From positions 1 to 64,000 of the forward strand of contig CAMYMU010000037.1 of assembly GCA_947259575.1 (NCBI GenBank): DNA of 64,000 bases, read 5' to 3'. The position numbers and the translations under genes were made by a program. Source of the stretch: an uncultured Ectothiorhodospiraceae bacterium (GTDB taxonomy: Bacteria; Pseudomonadota; Gammaproteobacteria; UBA6429; Thiohalophilaceae). The notes beneath the pieces were generated by a model. That model saw only the letters and a program-made list of their open reading frames with translations, was not told where the DNA came from and did not search any database. This document shows positions 9,378 through 19,483 of this stretch, piece by piece. How positions within the stretch are numbered: position 1 is the first letter of the stretch; the number at the start of each line of letters is the position of its first letter.

Positions 9378-10298
9378 ATGGATTTTATTTTTAGCTTTGC
9401 AGGCTTTGTCATCATACTATTGGTTCTGGCCGTTGCGATCATTTTCGCCGGGGTGAAGACAGTGGCACAGGGACATGAATACACAGTAGAACGTTTCGGT
9501 CGTTACACCAAAACCTTACGACCCGGCTTTCATATCATCATGCCTGTCATCGATCAGATTGGTGCCAAGGTCAACATGATGGAACGTGTTTTGGATGTGC
9601 CATCACAGGAAGTTATTACCAAAGATAACGCCATGGTGCAGGTTAATGGCGTCATCTTCTATCAGGTGCTGGATGCAGCACGTGCTTCTTACGAGGTAAA
9701 CCAGTTGGAGCTAGCAATTTTAAATTTAACCATGACCAATATCAGAACGGTTATGGGTTCGATGGACCTGGATGAGCTGTTATCCCTGCGCGATAAAATC
9801 AACGCACAATTACTCGGTGTGGTGGATGACGCGACGCAACCCTGGGGTGTAAAGGCGACCCGAATCGAGATCAAGGATATTACCCCACCGCGTGACCTGG
9901 TTGACTCCATGGCGAGACAAATGAAAGCCGAGCGTGACAAACGTGCAGAAGTACTCGAAGCGGAAGGTTCACGTCAGGCGGCAGTTTTACGTGCTGAAGG
10001 TGAAAAGCAGGCTGCAATTCTTGAGGCGGAAGGTCGCAAAGAAGCGGCGTTCCGTGATGCGGAGGCCCGTGAACGTGAAGCTGAAGCAGAGGCGCGCGCG
10101 ACCCATATGGTATCGACTGCGATTGAGAAGGGTGACATCAATGCGATCAACTACTTCGTTGCGACCAAGTATGTGGATGCGCTTAAGAATATTGCCTCTG
10201 CCGATAACTCTAAAATGGTCTTTATGCCGTTGGAGGCATCCAGTGTTATCGGTTCGATCGGTGGCATCGCCGAACTGGCAAAGAATGTCGGTAAGTAA
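9378..10298 (+). CDS. SPFH/band-7 stomatin-like protein (QmcA/YbbK-like), ~306 aa. Start moved to ATG 9378 from the longer ORF at 9333.
   Basis: N-terminal TM, SPFH core, Glu/Ala-rich C-terminus (EAEGRKEAAFRDAEAREREAEAEARA). RBS GAGAGGGA before 9378. Confidence 0.8.
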   Translation: MDFIFSFAGFVIILLVLAVAIIFAGVKTVAQGHEYTVERFGRYTKTLRPGFHIIMPVIDQIGAKVNMMERVLDVPSQEVITKDNAMVQVNGVIFYQVLDAARASYEVNQLELAILNLTMTNIRTVMGSMDLDELLSLRDKINAQLLGVVDDATQPWGVKATRIEIKDITPPRDLVDSMARQMKAERDKRAEVLEAEGSRQAAVLRAEGEKQAAILEAEGRKEAAFRDAEAREREAEAEARATHMVSTAIEKGDINAINYFVATKYVDALKNIASADNSKMVFMPLEASSVIGSIGGIAELAKNVGK

Positions 10299-10326
10299 GC
10301 ATAAATTTACTAGCGAGATTTTAATT

Positions 10327-10764
10327 ATGGATTTTGAACTAACTTATTGGCACTGGTGGATCGTTGGCATGCTGTTAATTGTGCTCGAGGTCTTTGCGCC
10401 GAGCGCCTTTTTCCTGTGGATGGGTATCTCTGCGGCAGTGGTTGGCTTTGTCGTATTGATTGCACCAGACATGGGCTGGGAATACCAGTTCATGATCTTT
10501 GCGGTTTTCTCGATTGTGTCGATAGCGTTGTGGAAACGCTATGCCAAGACCAGCACCGAGAGCTCGGATCATCCAACCCTTAATCGACGCGGTGAGCAAT
10601 ACGTTGGTCGAACTTTTACCCTGGATGAGCCGATTGTTAACGGCATGGGTAAGATTCGGGTAGATGACTCCACCTGGAAGATTAGTGGTGATGATTGTGA
10701 AGTCGGTGCAAAGGTTAAAGTGGTTGGTATCGATGGCACTATCTTTAAAGTTGAGTGCGAGTAA
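10327..10764 (+). CDS. NfeD-family membrane protein (YbbJ-like), 145 aa, partner of the stomatin gene.
   Basis: Two N-terminal TM helices plus a C-terminal OB-fold-like region (GKIRVDDSTWKISGDD...VKVVGIDGTIFKVE). ATG 28 bp after the stomatin stop. The longer in-frame ORF from 9934 overlaps the stomatin gene and is rejected. Confidence 0.75.
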   Translation: MDFELTYWHWWIVGMLLIVLEVFAPSAFFLWMGISAAVVGFVVLIAPDMGWEYQFMIFAVFSIVSIALWKRYAKTSTESSDHPTLNRRGEQYVGRTFTLDEPIVNGMGKIRVDDSTWKISGDDCEVGAKVKVVGIDGTIFKVECE

Positions 10765-10774
10765 TCAATTACAA

Positions 10775-12127
10775 TTAATTTTTCGCCACAAACTCGACAG
10801 TCACCACCAGGCCGTTGTCAGGGTTGTGGCTTAGATTAATCGTCGCATTATGTAATTCTGCAATACGTTGTGTAATCGATAGTCCTAACCCTGATCCCAA
10901 AATATGTTGGCAGTTTTGACCGCGATAAAATCGTTCAAATACTCGCTTTATATCCTGTTCCGGAATACCCGGCCCACTATCTGATACGCTTAGTTGTACG
11001 CGATCTGAAACCTTTTTGATCGCAACATCTACATGACCTTGTTCTGGGCTATAGCGAATCGCATTTGATAAAAGGTTGCTAATAAGAATTTCGATTGCTG
11101 GTTGGTTTCCTTTGATCTGTATCGATTCTTCACCATCAAGACTTAACTCAATATTTTTTTTATGTGACTCAGCATCAAGCTCACTTATGACAGTTTGCGT
11201 AAGCGAGTATAAGTTCAGATCTGATGTTTCATCTAGACTGGTCAAGGGTTCAAGTCTTGCTAGAGACAGTAATTGTTGAACCATATGAGTGGCACGATCA
11301 ATCCCTTCAACCACTTTTTCTAGTGCATGCCGCTGCGTGTCCTTGTTATCGGAGCGAATCGCAACCTGGGCCTGTGTCTTGATACTGGCCAACGGTGTTT
11401 GTAATTCATGTGACGCATCTGAGGTAAATCGTCGCTCACGTTCGAAGGCGGCTTTAAGTTTACCGAACAGGCTATTTAATGCGGAAAATAAAGGGGTTAT
11501 TTCATTTGGGATTTCAAAATTAACGGATATCGGTTCAAGTTTTTCTGGCGAACGTTGCCTTATTTGCTTTGCCAGCTTTCTGATAGGGCTCAAACCCCGA
11601 TCGATACCCACCCAGATGATAAACAGTAGAATCGGGATCATCAGCGTTAATGGGTACAATGAATTTTTTGTTATTTCGTGAATCAGCTCATTTCTAACAT
11701 CATAACGTTCTGCAGTAATGATTACCTGATTTTGTTCTTTGACATTAAGGCGAAATACACGCCACAAATTATTATTAATGATTTGATCACTAAACCCTGC
11801 TGTATTTGACATGATTGTGGTAGGTGCGTTCGCAGAGTGAAGGTTTAATGTATTGTTACCTAAAATCTGAAAGGCGATTTTCTTCTCATAACGGTGACCA
11901 TAGATATCTTTTTGTAGTTTTGGATCGATCATGGGGTGACTTAGATCGACCACGCTAGCGAACTGCGATAAGACGCCAGCCGCCTGGGCTAGTTCGGAAT
12001 CGAATAATTCTTCAACTTCATGACTGGACTGATAAAAAGTCGCATAGGATATACCCCCCCAAATAGCAAGAAACAGCAGGAACACCCAAACCAGTATTTT
12101 GTTGCGAATAGATTTTATTTTAATCAT
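10775..12127 (-). CDS. Two-component sensor histidine kinase (QseC/PmrB-like), 450 aa.
   Basis: Two TM segments flanking a periplasmic loop, H-box ASHELQTPLASI, C-terminal HATPase with GSGLGLSI. Confidence 0.85.
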   Translation of the reverse strand: MIKIKSIRNKILVWVFLLFLAIWGGISYATFYQSSHEVEELFDSELAQAAGVLSQFASVVDLSHPMIDPKLQKDIYGHRYEKKIAFQILGNNTLNLHSANAPTTIMSNTAGFSDQIINNNLWRVFRLNVKEQNQVIITAERYDVRNELIHEITKNSLYPLTLMIPILLFIIWVGIDRGLSPIRKLAKQIRQRSPEKLEPISVNFEIPNEITPLFSALNSLFGKLKAAFERERRFTSDASHELQTPLASIKTQAQVAIRSDNKDTQRHALEKVVEGIDRATHMVQQLLSLARLEPLTSLDETSDLNLYSLTQTVISELDAESHKKNIELSLDGEESIQIKGNQPAIEILISNLLSNAIRYSPEQGHVDVAIKKVSDRVQLSVSDSGPGIPEQDIKRVFERFYRGQNCQHILGSGLGLSITQRIAELHNATINLSHNPDNGLVVTVEFVAKN

Positions 12128-12783
12128 TGTTTGTCAATGACGTAACCGACACCACGTATCGTACGGATTAAATCATTGCCTAGTTTTTTTCGTAAGTGAT
12201 GAATATGTACTTCTATGGCATTACTGTCGACTTCTTTATTCCAGCCGTAGATATTGTCTTCCATTTGTTTTTTAGGAAAAACCCTGCCTCGGTTCTCAAG
12301 CAATAGTTGTAAAAGCTGGAACTCTACCGGAGAGAGGTCAACAGGTTTGTTGGACATACTCAAAGTATGTTCTACAGGATTTAACTCAAGCTCGCCGTGT
12401 GTCAGAGTTGGAGTTGTGCGGCCTTTACTCCTTCGTAACAATGCTCTAATGCGTGCAAGTAGTTCATCAAGATCAAAAGGTTTGGTGAGATAATCATCTG
12501 CACCCATATCCAGGCCTTTGATTCGATCCTCGGTCGCATCGCGTGCGGTCAGGATGAGTACGGGTAAGGCGTTGCCGGTTTTGCGAATCTGTTTGAGAAT
12601 ATCGATGCCTGATTTAACAGGTAAATTTAAATCGAGTAAAAGTAGATCATAACTGTCAGTTTGCAGTGCCTGCGAAGCCTGGCCACCATCAGTTAGCCAG
12701 TCGACATTATAATGATCTTGTAAAAGACCTGACTTAATGCCGTCACCAAGTATGGGATCGTCTTCGACTAGCAGAATTCGCAC
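12124..12783 (-). CDS. OmpR-family response regulator (QseB/PmrA-like), 219 aa; GTG start; 4-bp overlap with the kinase gene.
   Basis: Receiver residues (VEDD, LDLNLP, ITKP). C-terminal winged helix with the typical tail GVGYVI. Confidence 0.85.
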   Translation of the reverse strand: MRILLVEDDPILGDGIKSGLLQDHYNVDWLTDGGQASQALQTDSYDLLLLDLNLPVKSGIDILKQIRKTGNALPVLILTARDATEDRIKGLDMGADDYLTKPFDLDELLARIRALLRRSKGRTTPTLTHGELELNPVEHTLSMSNKPVDLSPVEFQLLQLLLENRGRVFPKKQMEDNIYGWNKEVDSNAIEVHIHHLRKKLGNDLIRTIRGVGYVIDKQ

Positions 12784-13059
12784 CCTGATCAGGCCCCTAT
12801 CAATGAGTTAACAATTTGGTTTGTGTTGCAGGATAAAATCTCATATTCAAAAAAAATCATAAGCTTTATTTCTTAAGCCAGACTTAAAAATAGACTCCTG
12901 AAACATATCAGCCATACAAAGTGTCAGCATCTCCGGCTATGGCTTGTTTGCTTAAGACTTTGAATGAGCTGTCATTATAGCTTTATTTCCCACCTGTTAA
13001 ATCATTCAGAGTCTGCTAATATACGCCCCTTATATATAGTATGTAGGGATTTAAGCAGT

Positions 13060-16000
13060 ATGGCGACGCTCGAACAACTTCTCAAAGAACGCATCCTGAT
13101 CCTCGATGGTGCCATGGGTAGCATGATTCAGACCTATAAGCTTGGAGAGGAGGAGTACCGTGGTGAGCGTTTTGCCGATTGGCCTTCAGACCTGAAGGGC
13201 AATAATGATCTATTGGTCTTAACTCAGCCGAAAATTATAAAGGATATACACAAAGCTTATCTTGATGCGGGCGCGGACATTATCGAGACCAATACGTTTA
13301 ATGCCAACTCGATATCGATGGCCGATTACAACATGCAGGAACTCGTCTACGAGATGAATGTAGCTGCTGCTAAGTTAGCGAGGGAGGCCTGTGATGATAT
13401 TTCTACACAAGATAAACCTCGTTTTGTTGCTGGTGGTATTGGTCCGTGTAATCGTTCTGCATCAGTAGTGATTGACGTTGATCGTCCTGGTTATCGTAAC
13501 GTTACTTTTGATGAACTAGTTGCAGCTTACAAAGAAGAGACCAAAGCGTTGCTCGATGGTGGAGTCGACCTGATCTTGATCGAAACTATTTTCGACACGC
13601 TAAATGCCAAAGCTGCGGTGTTTGCAGTAAAAGCGGTATTTGAAGATACAGGGAAAGAAGTGCCGATTATGATATCGGGCACGATTACAGATGAAGCCGG
13701 TCGAAATCTTGCGGGCCAAAATGTTGAAGCAGTCTATAACTCATTGCGTCATGCGGAGCCGATCTCATTTGGTCTTAACTGTGCATTTGGACCGGATAAA
13801 ATGAGACCGTATTTAGAGGAAATAGCTTCAATCTGTGATACGCATGTCTCTGCATATTCAAATGCGGGCTTACCAAATGAGTTTGGCGAGTTTGATCTTC
13901 TTGCTGAAGATATGGGGCCAATGATTGGTGAGTGGGCCGAAAGTGGTTTTCTAAATATTGTTGGTGGTTGTTGTGGTACCACGCCTGCACATATCAAAGC
14001 CATAGCCGACGCTGTTAGCAAATATTCGCCACGCAAAGTGAAACAACGAGACTTTACTACTCGCTTAAGTGGTATGGAAGCGTTCAATATCAATGATGAT
14101 TCTTTGTTTGTTAACGTTGGCGAACGCACCAACGTGACCGGTTCAGCTAAATTCAAACGACTCATCCTTGAAGAAAATTATGATGAGGCCCTGACTGTTG
14201 CACGCGAGCAGGTTGATAATGGTGCGCAGGTCATTGATGTCAACATGGATGAAGGTATGTTGGATGGTGTGCATGCCATGAAGACATTTTTGAATCTGAT
14301 TGCAAGCGAACCCGATATTGCTCGTGTTCCCGTTATGATTGATTCTTCAAAATGGGAGATTATCGAGGAAGGTCTAAAATGTATCGCTGGTAAAGGTATT
14401 GTTAACTCGATCTCGTTAAAAGAAGGCGAAGATAAGTTTCTTGAGCAGGCCAAGCTATGCCGTCGTTATGGTGCGGCAGTGATAGTCATGGCCTTTGATG
14501 AAACAGGACAGGCCGATACACAACAACGCAAGATCGAGATTTGTGAGCGCGCCTATAAAATTCTAACCGAGCAAGTTGGTTTCCCGCCGGAAGATATCAT
14601 CTTTGATCCGAATATATTTGCGGTTGCGACCGGTATTGAAGAACACAATAACTATGGCGTCGATTTTATCGAGGCTACCGGTTGGATCAAAAAGAATTTA
14701 CCGCACGCATTGATCAGCGGCGGTGTTAGTAATGTCTCATTCTCTTTCCGTGGGAATAACCCGGTACGTGAGGCTATTCATGCGGTGTTTTTATATCACG
14801 CGATTAAAAATGGTATGGACATGGGCATTGTCAATGCCAGTCAGTTGGCCGTCTATGATGATCTGCCTGGAGAGTTACGTGAAGCGGTTGAGGATGTAGT
14901 TCTTAATCGTCGCGATGATGCAACCGAGCGCTTACTTGATATTGCTGATAAATATAAAGGTGATGGCAAGGCGGTAGAGAAAAAAGAGGACCTGGAATGG
15001 CGAACCTGGGAAGTTGCTAAACGACTTGAACATGCCTTGGTAAAAGGGATCGATGCATTTGTCGTGGAAGACACAGAAGAGGCGCGTCAGCAGTTTGATC
15101 GACCGATCGAGGTAATTGAAGGCCCGTTAATGGATGGTATGAATGTAGTCGGTGATCTGTTTGGGGCTGGTAAAATGTTTTTACCTCAGGTCGTCAAGTC
15201 TGCGCGTGTAATGAAAAAAGCAGTCGCTTATCTATTGCCTTACATAGAAGCCGAGAAAACAGAAGGTGCCAGTAGTAACGGTAAGATCCTGATGGCGACT
15301 GTTAAAGGTGACGTACATGATATCGGTAAGAATATCGTCGGAGTCGTCTTGCAGTGTAATAATTTTGAGGTGATTGATATCGGCGTGATGGTTCCTGCAA
15401 GTAAGATCGTCGAAACAGCGAAAAAAGAAAACGTCGATATTATTGGTCTATCAGGTCTGATTACTCCCTCGTTGGATGAAATGGTGCATATGGCCAAGGA
15501 AATGGAGCGTCTTGAATTTGATATTCCATTACTGATTGGTGGTGCGACGACATCCAAGGCCCACACGGCGGTAAAGATTGAAAAGAACTATCGTGGGCCT
15601 ACCGTCTGGGTGAAAGATGCCTCCCGTGCAGTAGGTGTGGCCCAAAATCTTATTGGTGGTGAATCGAAAGAAAAGTTTGTCGCTGAGTTGCGTGCCGACT
15701 ATGAAAAAGTGCGCGAGGCACATGCTGGTCGTCGTGCGCAGATTAAGTGGTTATCGCTGGAAGCTGCGCGTGCGAATAAACTTGAACTTGACTGGGCGAA
15801 CTATACGCCCCCCGTACCTAAGCAATTAGGCGTGCAATCATTTGATGATATGCCACTGGAATTTTTAGTGCCCTACATAGACTGGACACCTTTCTTTCAT
15901 ACCTGGGAGATAAAAGGTAGCTATCCAAAGGTCTTCGATGACCCGGAAAAAGGTGAAGTCGCAAAACAGTTGTTTGATGATGCGCAGAAGATGTTATCTG

Positions 16001-16746
16001 ACATAATCGATGGCCGTTGGTTAAAGGCGCGCGCAGTGATTGGTTTATTCCCTGCTAACCAGATCAACGACGACGATATTGAACTGGACAATAACGGCAA
16101 AAAAGTGGTTCTGCATCACTTGCGCCAACAGACCGAACGTCCTCCTGGTAAACCGAATCGTTGTATCGGAGACTTTGTTGCACCGAAAGATTCAGGTAAG
16201 CAGGACTACGTAGGTGCTTTTGTAGTAACCATTCATGGCGCAGAAGCTAAGGCCAAGGAGTTTGATGCCAAACATGATGTCGATCACTCGATTATGATTA
16301 AAGCCTTGGCTGATCGATTTGCTGAGGCCTTTGCAGAACATATGCACGATCGTGTGCGCCACATAAACTGGGGCTTTGAAAAAGGTGACTGGTCACCTAG
16401 CCAGGGTATAGAGGACCAAACCTTTAACAACGAAGAGCTTGTCAGAGAAAAATACCAGGGTATCCGTCCGGCGCCCGGCTATCCAGCCTGTCCAGATCAT
16501 ACTGAAAAACCTGTACTTTGGGATCTGCTGGATGCGGAAAACAACTGTGGCGCAAAGTTAACTGAGTCCCAGGCCATGTGGCCGGCGGGATCAGTGAGTG
16601 GCTGGTACTTTAGTCACCCTGAGTCATCGTACTTTGGTCTGGGCAAGATCAATCGTGATCAGGTTGAAGATTATGCCAAGCGTAAAGGTATGAGTATCGA
16701 GGAAGCAGAACGTTGGCTAGCGCCTAATCTTGGGTATGATACTTAG
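13060..16746 (+). CDS. metH: Cobalamin-dependent methionine synthase, ~1228 aa. True ATG at 13060; the ORF-track start at 12964 is an upstream in-frame extension.
   Basis: Hcy-binding, pterin-binding, B12-binding ([14 protein letters not shown]) and AdoMet activation domains in canonical order. Length matches E. coli MetH. Confidence 0.95.
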   Translation: MATLEQLLKERILILDGAMGSMIQTYKLGEEEYRGERFADWPSDLKGNNDLLVLTQPKIIKDIHKAYLDAGADIIETNTFNANSISMADYNMQELVYEMNVAAAKLAREACDDISTQDKPRFVAGGIGPCNRSASVVIDVDRPGYRNVTFDELVAAYKEETKALLDGGVDLILIETIFDTLNAKAAVFAVKAVFEDTGKEVPIMISGTITDEAGRNLAGQNVEAVYNSLRHAEPISFGLNCAFGPDKMRPYLEEIASICDTHVSAYSNAGLPNEFGEFDLLAEDMGPMIGEWAESGFLNIVGGCCGTTPAHIKAIADAVSKYSPRKVKQRDFTTRLSGMEAFNINDDSLFVNVGERTNVTGSAKFKRLILEENYDEALTVAREQVDNGAQVIDVNMDEGMLDGVHAMKTFLNLIASEPDIARVPVMIDSSKWEIIEEGLKCIAGKGIVNSISLKEGEDKFLEQAKLCRRYGAAVIVMAFDETGQADTQQRKIEICERAYKILTEQVGFPPEDIIFDPNIFAVATGIEEHNNYGVDFIEATGWIKKNLPHALISGGVSNVSFSFRGNNPVREAIHAVFLYHAIKNGMDMGIVNASQLAVYDDLPGELREAVEDVVLNRRDDATERLLDIADKYKGDGKAVEKKEDLEWRTWEVAKRLEHALVKGIDAFVVEDTEEARQQFDRPIEVIEGPLMDGMNVVGDLFGAGKMFLPQVVKSARVMKKAVAYLLPYIEAEKTEGASSNGKILMATVKGDVHDIGKNIVGVVLQCNNFEVIDIGVMVPASKIVETAKKENVDIIGLSGLITPSLDEMVHMAKEMERLEFDIPLLIGGATTSKAHTAVKIEKNYRGPTVWVKDASRAVGVAQNLIGGESKEKFVAELRADYEKVREAHAGRRAQIKWLSLEAARANKLELDWANYTPPVPKQLGVQSFDDMPLEFLVPYIDWTPFFHTWEIKGSYPKVFDDPEKGEVAKQLFDDAQKMLSDIIDGRWLKARAVIGLFPANQINDDDIELDNNGKKVVLHHLRQQTERPPGKPNRCIGDFVAPKDSGKQDYVGAFVVTIHGAEAKAKEFDAKHDVDHSIMIKALADRFAEAFAEHMHDRVRHINWGFEKGDWSPSQGIEDQTFNNEELVREKYQGIRPAPGYPACPDHTEKPVLWDLLDAENNCGAKLTESQAMWPAGSVSGWYFSHPESSYFGLGKINRDQVEDYAKRKGMSIEEAERWLAPNLGYDT

Positions 16747-16771
16747 TATTGAGGTGATTATATTCACCCAA

Positions 16772-16806
16772 TAAAAAAGGCCAGTTTATTACTGGCCTTT
16801 TTTTAT
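16772..16806. terminator. Bidirectional rho-independent terminator between the convergent metH and TauE genes.
   Basis: AGGCCAGT-TTATT-ACTGGCCT stem, flanked by an A6 run upstream and a T7 run downstream. Confidence 0.6.
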
Positions 16807-16827
16807 ATTCAACATATTAAAATATAA

Positions 16828-17937
16828 TTATGATTCTGCGCTAGTCACTGCCAGGTCCTTTTCGTATTCACGTATTGCATGTTCGGCAGCTGTTTCTCTG
16901 CGGTGCTCCATCATACCTTTGATTAAAGCAGCAGAGATGGCAACCATTCCGAATATCAATGCAAATGCCAGCGTTGCAAAGCTGAGTTTATCTAGAATAT
17001 CAATCAGTGCTGGATTCAATGCCGAGATAACCTCCAGTTCAGATAGATAGACAGGAAGTTTAATTAGGCGACTGACTAAAACGATTATCATAATCATACC
17101 CATCACATACTTCACTGTATATTCTTTAACGTAGGTAGTACCGATGGCGCCAAGCTGTACACCAAACAATGAACCGGCGAGGATAATCATTGCAAGGCGG
17201 ATATCCACAAAGCCTTCCCATGCATAGAACATGGTACCGCCCAATCCCATAATAAATGCCACTACCAATTCTGTTGCGGTTGCACGAATCGCGGGTACTC
17301 CAATGATGTACATCATCGCTGGGACACCAATGAAACCACCGACTGCAATGGAGGCAGCCAGCATGCCCGTTGCAAAACCGATCGGTGCGATAAACAAAAT
17401 AGAGACTTCTCTGTTTTCGATAGAGGAGAAACGCATCATCGTACCTGGAATACGAATTGACTGGATCCATTGTGCAAAACGGGGTGTCACATGCTCATCG
17501 TCATGTTTACCTTCGCGTTTCATACGCATACCGTCACGCAATACAAATGTACCAACGATGGCGAGTACCACAATAAAAACGAACGACACGTAAAGGTCGG
17601 TACCCGCATTGCCGTGGAGTGCACGAATACCGGTCATAACTTCTTTGCCATAGAACACACCAGCCTCGGCAAAGACACCCATGATGATGCCAAGCTTAAT
17701 ATCAACCTGACCATATTTATGTCGTTTAATCGAACCAACCAAGGCTTTAGGAAATTTGTGCGCCATGTTACTGGCAACAGCAACAATACCTGAAGCACCG
17801 AGACTCATCATGGCTGGTGTCAGAACAAAAGCGCCACCCGAACCAATGAAACCACTGACCATGCCGCCGATGAAACCGACCACAAATAGAATCACCACAG
17901 TGAAAAAGTTCAGGTCTATGAAATTAATTGCGTCCAC
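16828..17937 (-). CDS. TauE/SafE-family (DUF81) anion exporter, 369 aa; GTG start.
   Basis: Repeated GxxxGxxxG-containing TM helices (GFIGGMVSGFIGSGGAF). Duplicated 4-TM architecture with a cytoplasmic insert. Confidence 0.6.
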   Translation of the reverse strand: MDAINFIDLNFFTVVILFVVGFIGGMVSGFIGSGGAFVLTPAMMSLGASGIVAVASNMAHKFPKALVGSIKRHKYGQVDIKLGIIMGVFAEAGVFYGKEVMTGIRALHGNAGTDLYVSFVFIVVLAIVGTFVLRDGMRMKREGKHDDEHVTPRFAQWIQSIRIPGTMMRFSSIENREVSILFIAPIGFATGMLAASIAVGGFIGVPAMMYIIGVPAIRATATELVVAFIMGLGGTMFYAWEGFVDIRLAMIILAGSLFGVQLGAIGTTYVKEYTVKYVMGMIMIIVLVSRLIKLPVYLSELEVISALNPALIDILDKLSFATLAFALIFGMVAISAALIKGMMEHRRETAAEHAIREYEKDLAVTSAES

Positions 17938-17973
17938 TTACGATTTACCCCAATAGAAGAATTGTTTGAAAGA

Positions 17974-18291
17974 TTAGCTCTTGGCTTTTACGCCCAATGC
18001 ATCCCAGAAGTGAGATGTGAAGCTGCCATGAATTATGGAGAAGACCAGGGCAATAACGATGGGCACAAAGAACCAGGTTTTTTCACCGTCATGGGTTGCC
18101 TGGGCGATATGAGTCAGGTCGGTGTTGTAAAAATACAAGAATGCGTAAAGGACGATACTGAAGGCACCAAAACCTGCGGCACATCGGTATTTGTTGACTG
18201 ACTTAAGCGTTGCCATGAACCCCTTAGTCGTGGGTAGTTGCTCAGCTTCAAGGGCTGCTTCTTCACTATGCGCTGGTTCTGTCTTCTGCAT
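17974..18291 (-). CDS. Small membrane protein (DUF1634-like) co-transcribed upstream of the TauE gene, 105 aa.
   Basis: Two predicted TM helices. Stop is 36 bp before the TauE start. This is a typical DUF1634/DUF81 pairing, assigned from pattern memory. Confidence 0.4.
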   Translation of the reverse strand: MQKTEPAHSEEAALEAEQLPTTKGFMATLKSVNKYRCAAGFGAFSIVLYAFLYFYNTDLTHIAQATHDGEKTWFFVPIVIALVFSIIHGSFTSHFWDALGVKAKS

Positions 18292-18476
18292 TTGTACGCT
18301 CCTGATTTTATATTCGAATTATTCATATTTACAATTCTCCCGTTAGACGGTAGAAATAACGGGGTGTGCTATACTTCTCTATCTTATTGTTTAACAATGT
18401 AAATATATTTAGGTGGCGCATTATCAGACAGAATATTAGGGAATGCTAATGAAACTTTTTCTAAGCATATTACCAA

Positions 18477-19379
18477 ATGGAATATACTAATCTCCCCGAT
18501 TTAAGTGGCTGGGCAACCCTGAGGGCCATCGTCGAAAAAGGTGGCGTCAATGAGGCAGCGCGGGCCTTAAAGGTCAGCCAATCGGCTATCTCCAAGCGTT
18601 TACGCAGCCTGGAAAAATGTTATGACATCTCCTTAATGGAGCGGGTCGGGGGGCGTTTGCGCCTGACCGAAGCCGGTGAAAAGGTCTATTTGCTCGCTGC
18701 CCTGACCCTGGACCGGCAACTGGCCCTGCGGGAGGAAATCAATGCGCTGGCCACGGGCAAGACCAGCCTGCGCATGGAGGTGACCTTTGGTATTGGCGAG
18801 CATCTGCTGCCGGATCTGCTGCTTAGTTTCAAAGAACAGTATCCTGACTACAGTATTGATTTTAGGATTGCCTATAGTCGCAACGTAGAAAAGCAGCTGG
18901 CCATGGAGCGTGTCGATATGGTGCTGCTTGAGCATGCCCCCGACCACCCCGATATCCTCGTACAAAAATGGATGGAAGATGAACTATGGTTAGTCTGTGG
19001 TCCCGAGCACTTCTTATTTGCAACCGAGTGGTTGCCAGTTGAAGAACTGACTAATTTGAAATACGTGTTAAGAGAAAAGCGATCGTCCATTACTGAATCG
19101 CTCTATGCAGCCCTATCGCGGATTGGAATTGATAAATTGAATACGGATCTTGAGTTAGGATCGAGCCAGGCCATCATTGATATCCTTTCGCGTGGTAAAC
19201 ATGTGAGTTTTATGCCGCGATTTGCAGTTAATGAACGTGTCAGTCAAGGTGAGTTATTTCACATCAAGATTACTGGATTTAGGATCTTAAGGACATTATG
19301 GATTGCCCGTAATCGAGCTGCGCTCGATCACCCTGTTGCCGAAGCCTTTATTAACTTACTCCGAGACAGCACTGACTAG
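18477..19379 (+). CDS. LysR-family transcriptional regulator, 300 aa, divergent from the TauE operon.
   Basis: N-terminal HTH (LRAIVEKGGVNEAARALKVSQSAISKRLRSLE) and a C-terminal substrate-binding domain. Confidence 0.85.
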   Translation: MEYTNLPDLSGWATLRAIVEKGGVNEAARALKVSQSAISKRLRSLEKCYDISLMERVGGRLRLTEAGEKVYLLAALTLDRQLALREEINALATGKTSLRMEVTFGIGEHLLPDLLLSFKEQYPDYSIDFRIAYSRNVEKQLAMERVDMVLLEHAPDHPDILVQKWMEDELWLVCGPEHFLFATEWLPVEELTNLKYVLREKRSSITESLYAALSRIGIDKLNTDLELGSSQAIIDILSRGKHVSFMPRFAVNERVSQGELFHIKITGFRILRTLWIARNRAALDHPVAEAFINLLRDSTD

Positions 19380-19483
19380 AATATGCGTAGAAGTAAGAAA
19401 TAAGAAATGAGAAATGGAATCCACGAAATCAGGCTAGTTTGTACTATTATTCAATCAGGCCAATGATGAATGACATGCAGTTT

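Noticed and set aside
9934-10326. Long N-terminal extension of the NfeD ORF.
   Set aside because: It would overlap the stomatin gene by about 360 nt in another frame and gives an Arg-rich product. ATG 10327 sits just downstream of the stomatin stop.
13749-15566. Several minus-strand ORFs inside metH (for example 13749-14165 and 15240-15566).
   Set aside because: Antisense to a very well supported 1228-aa gene.
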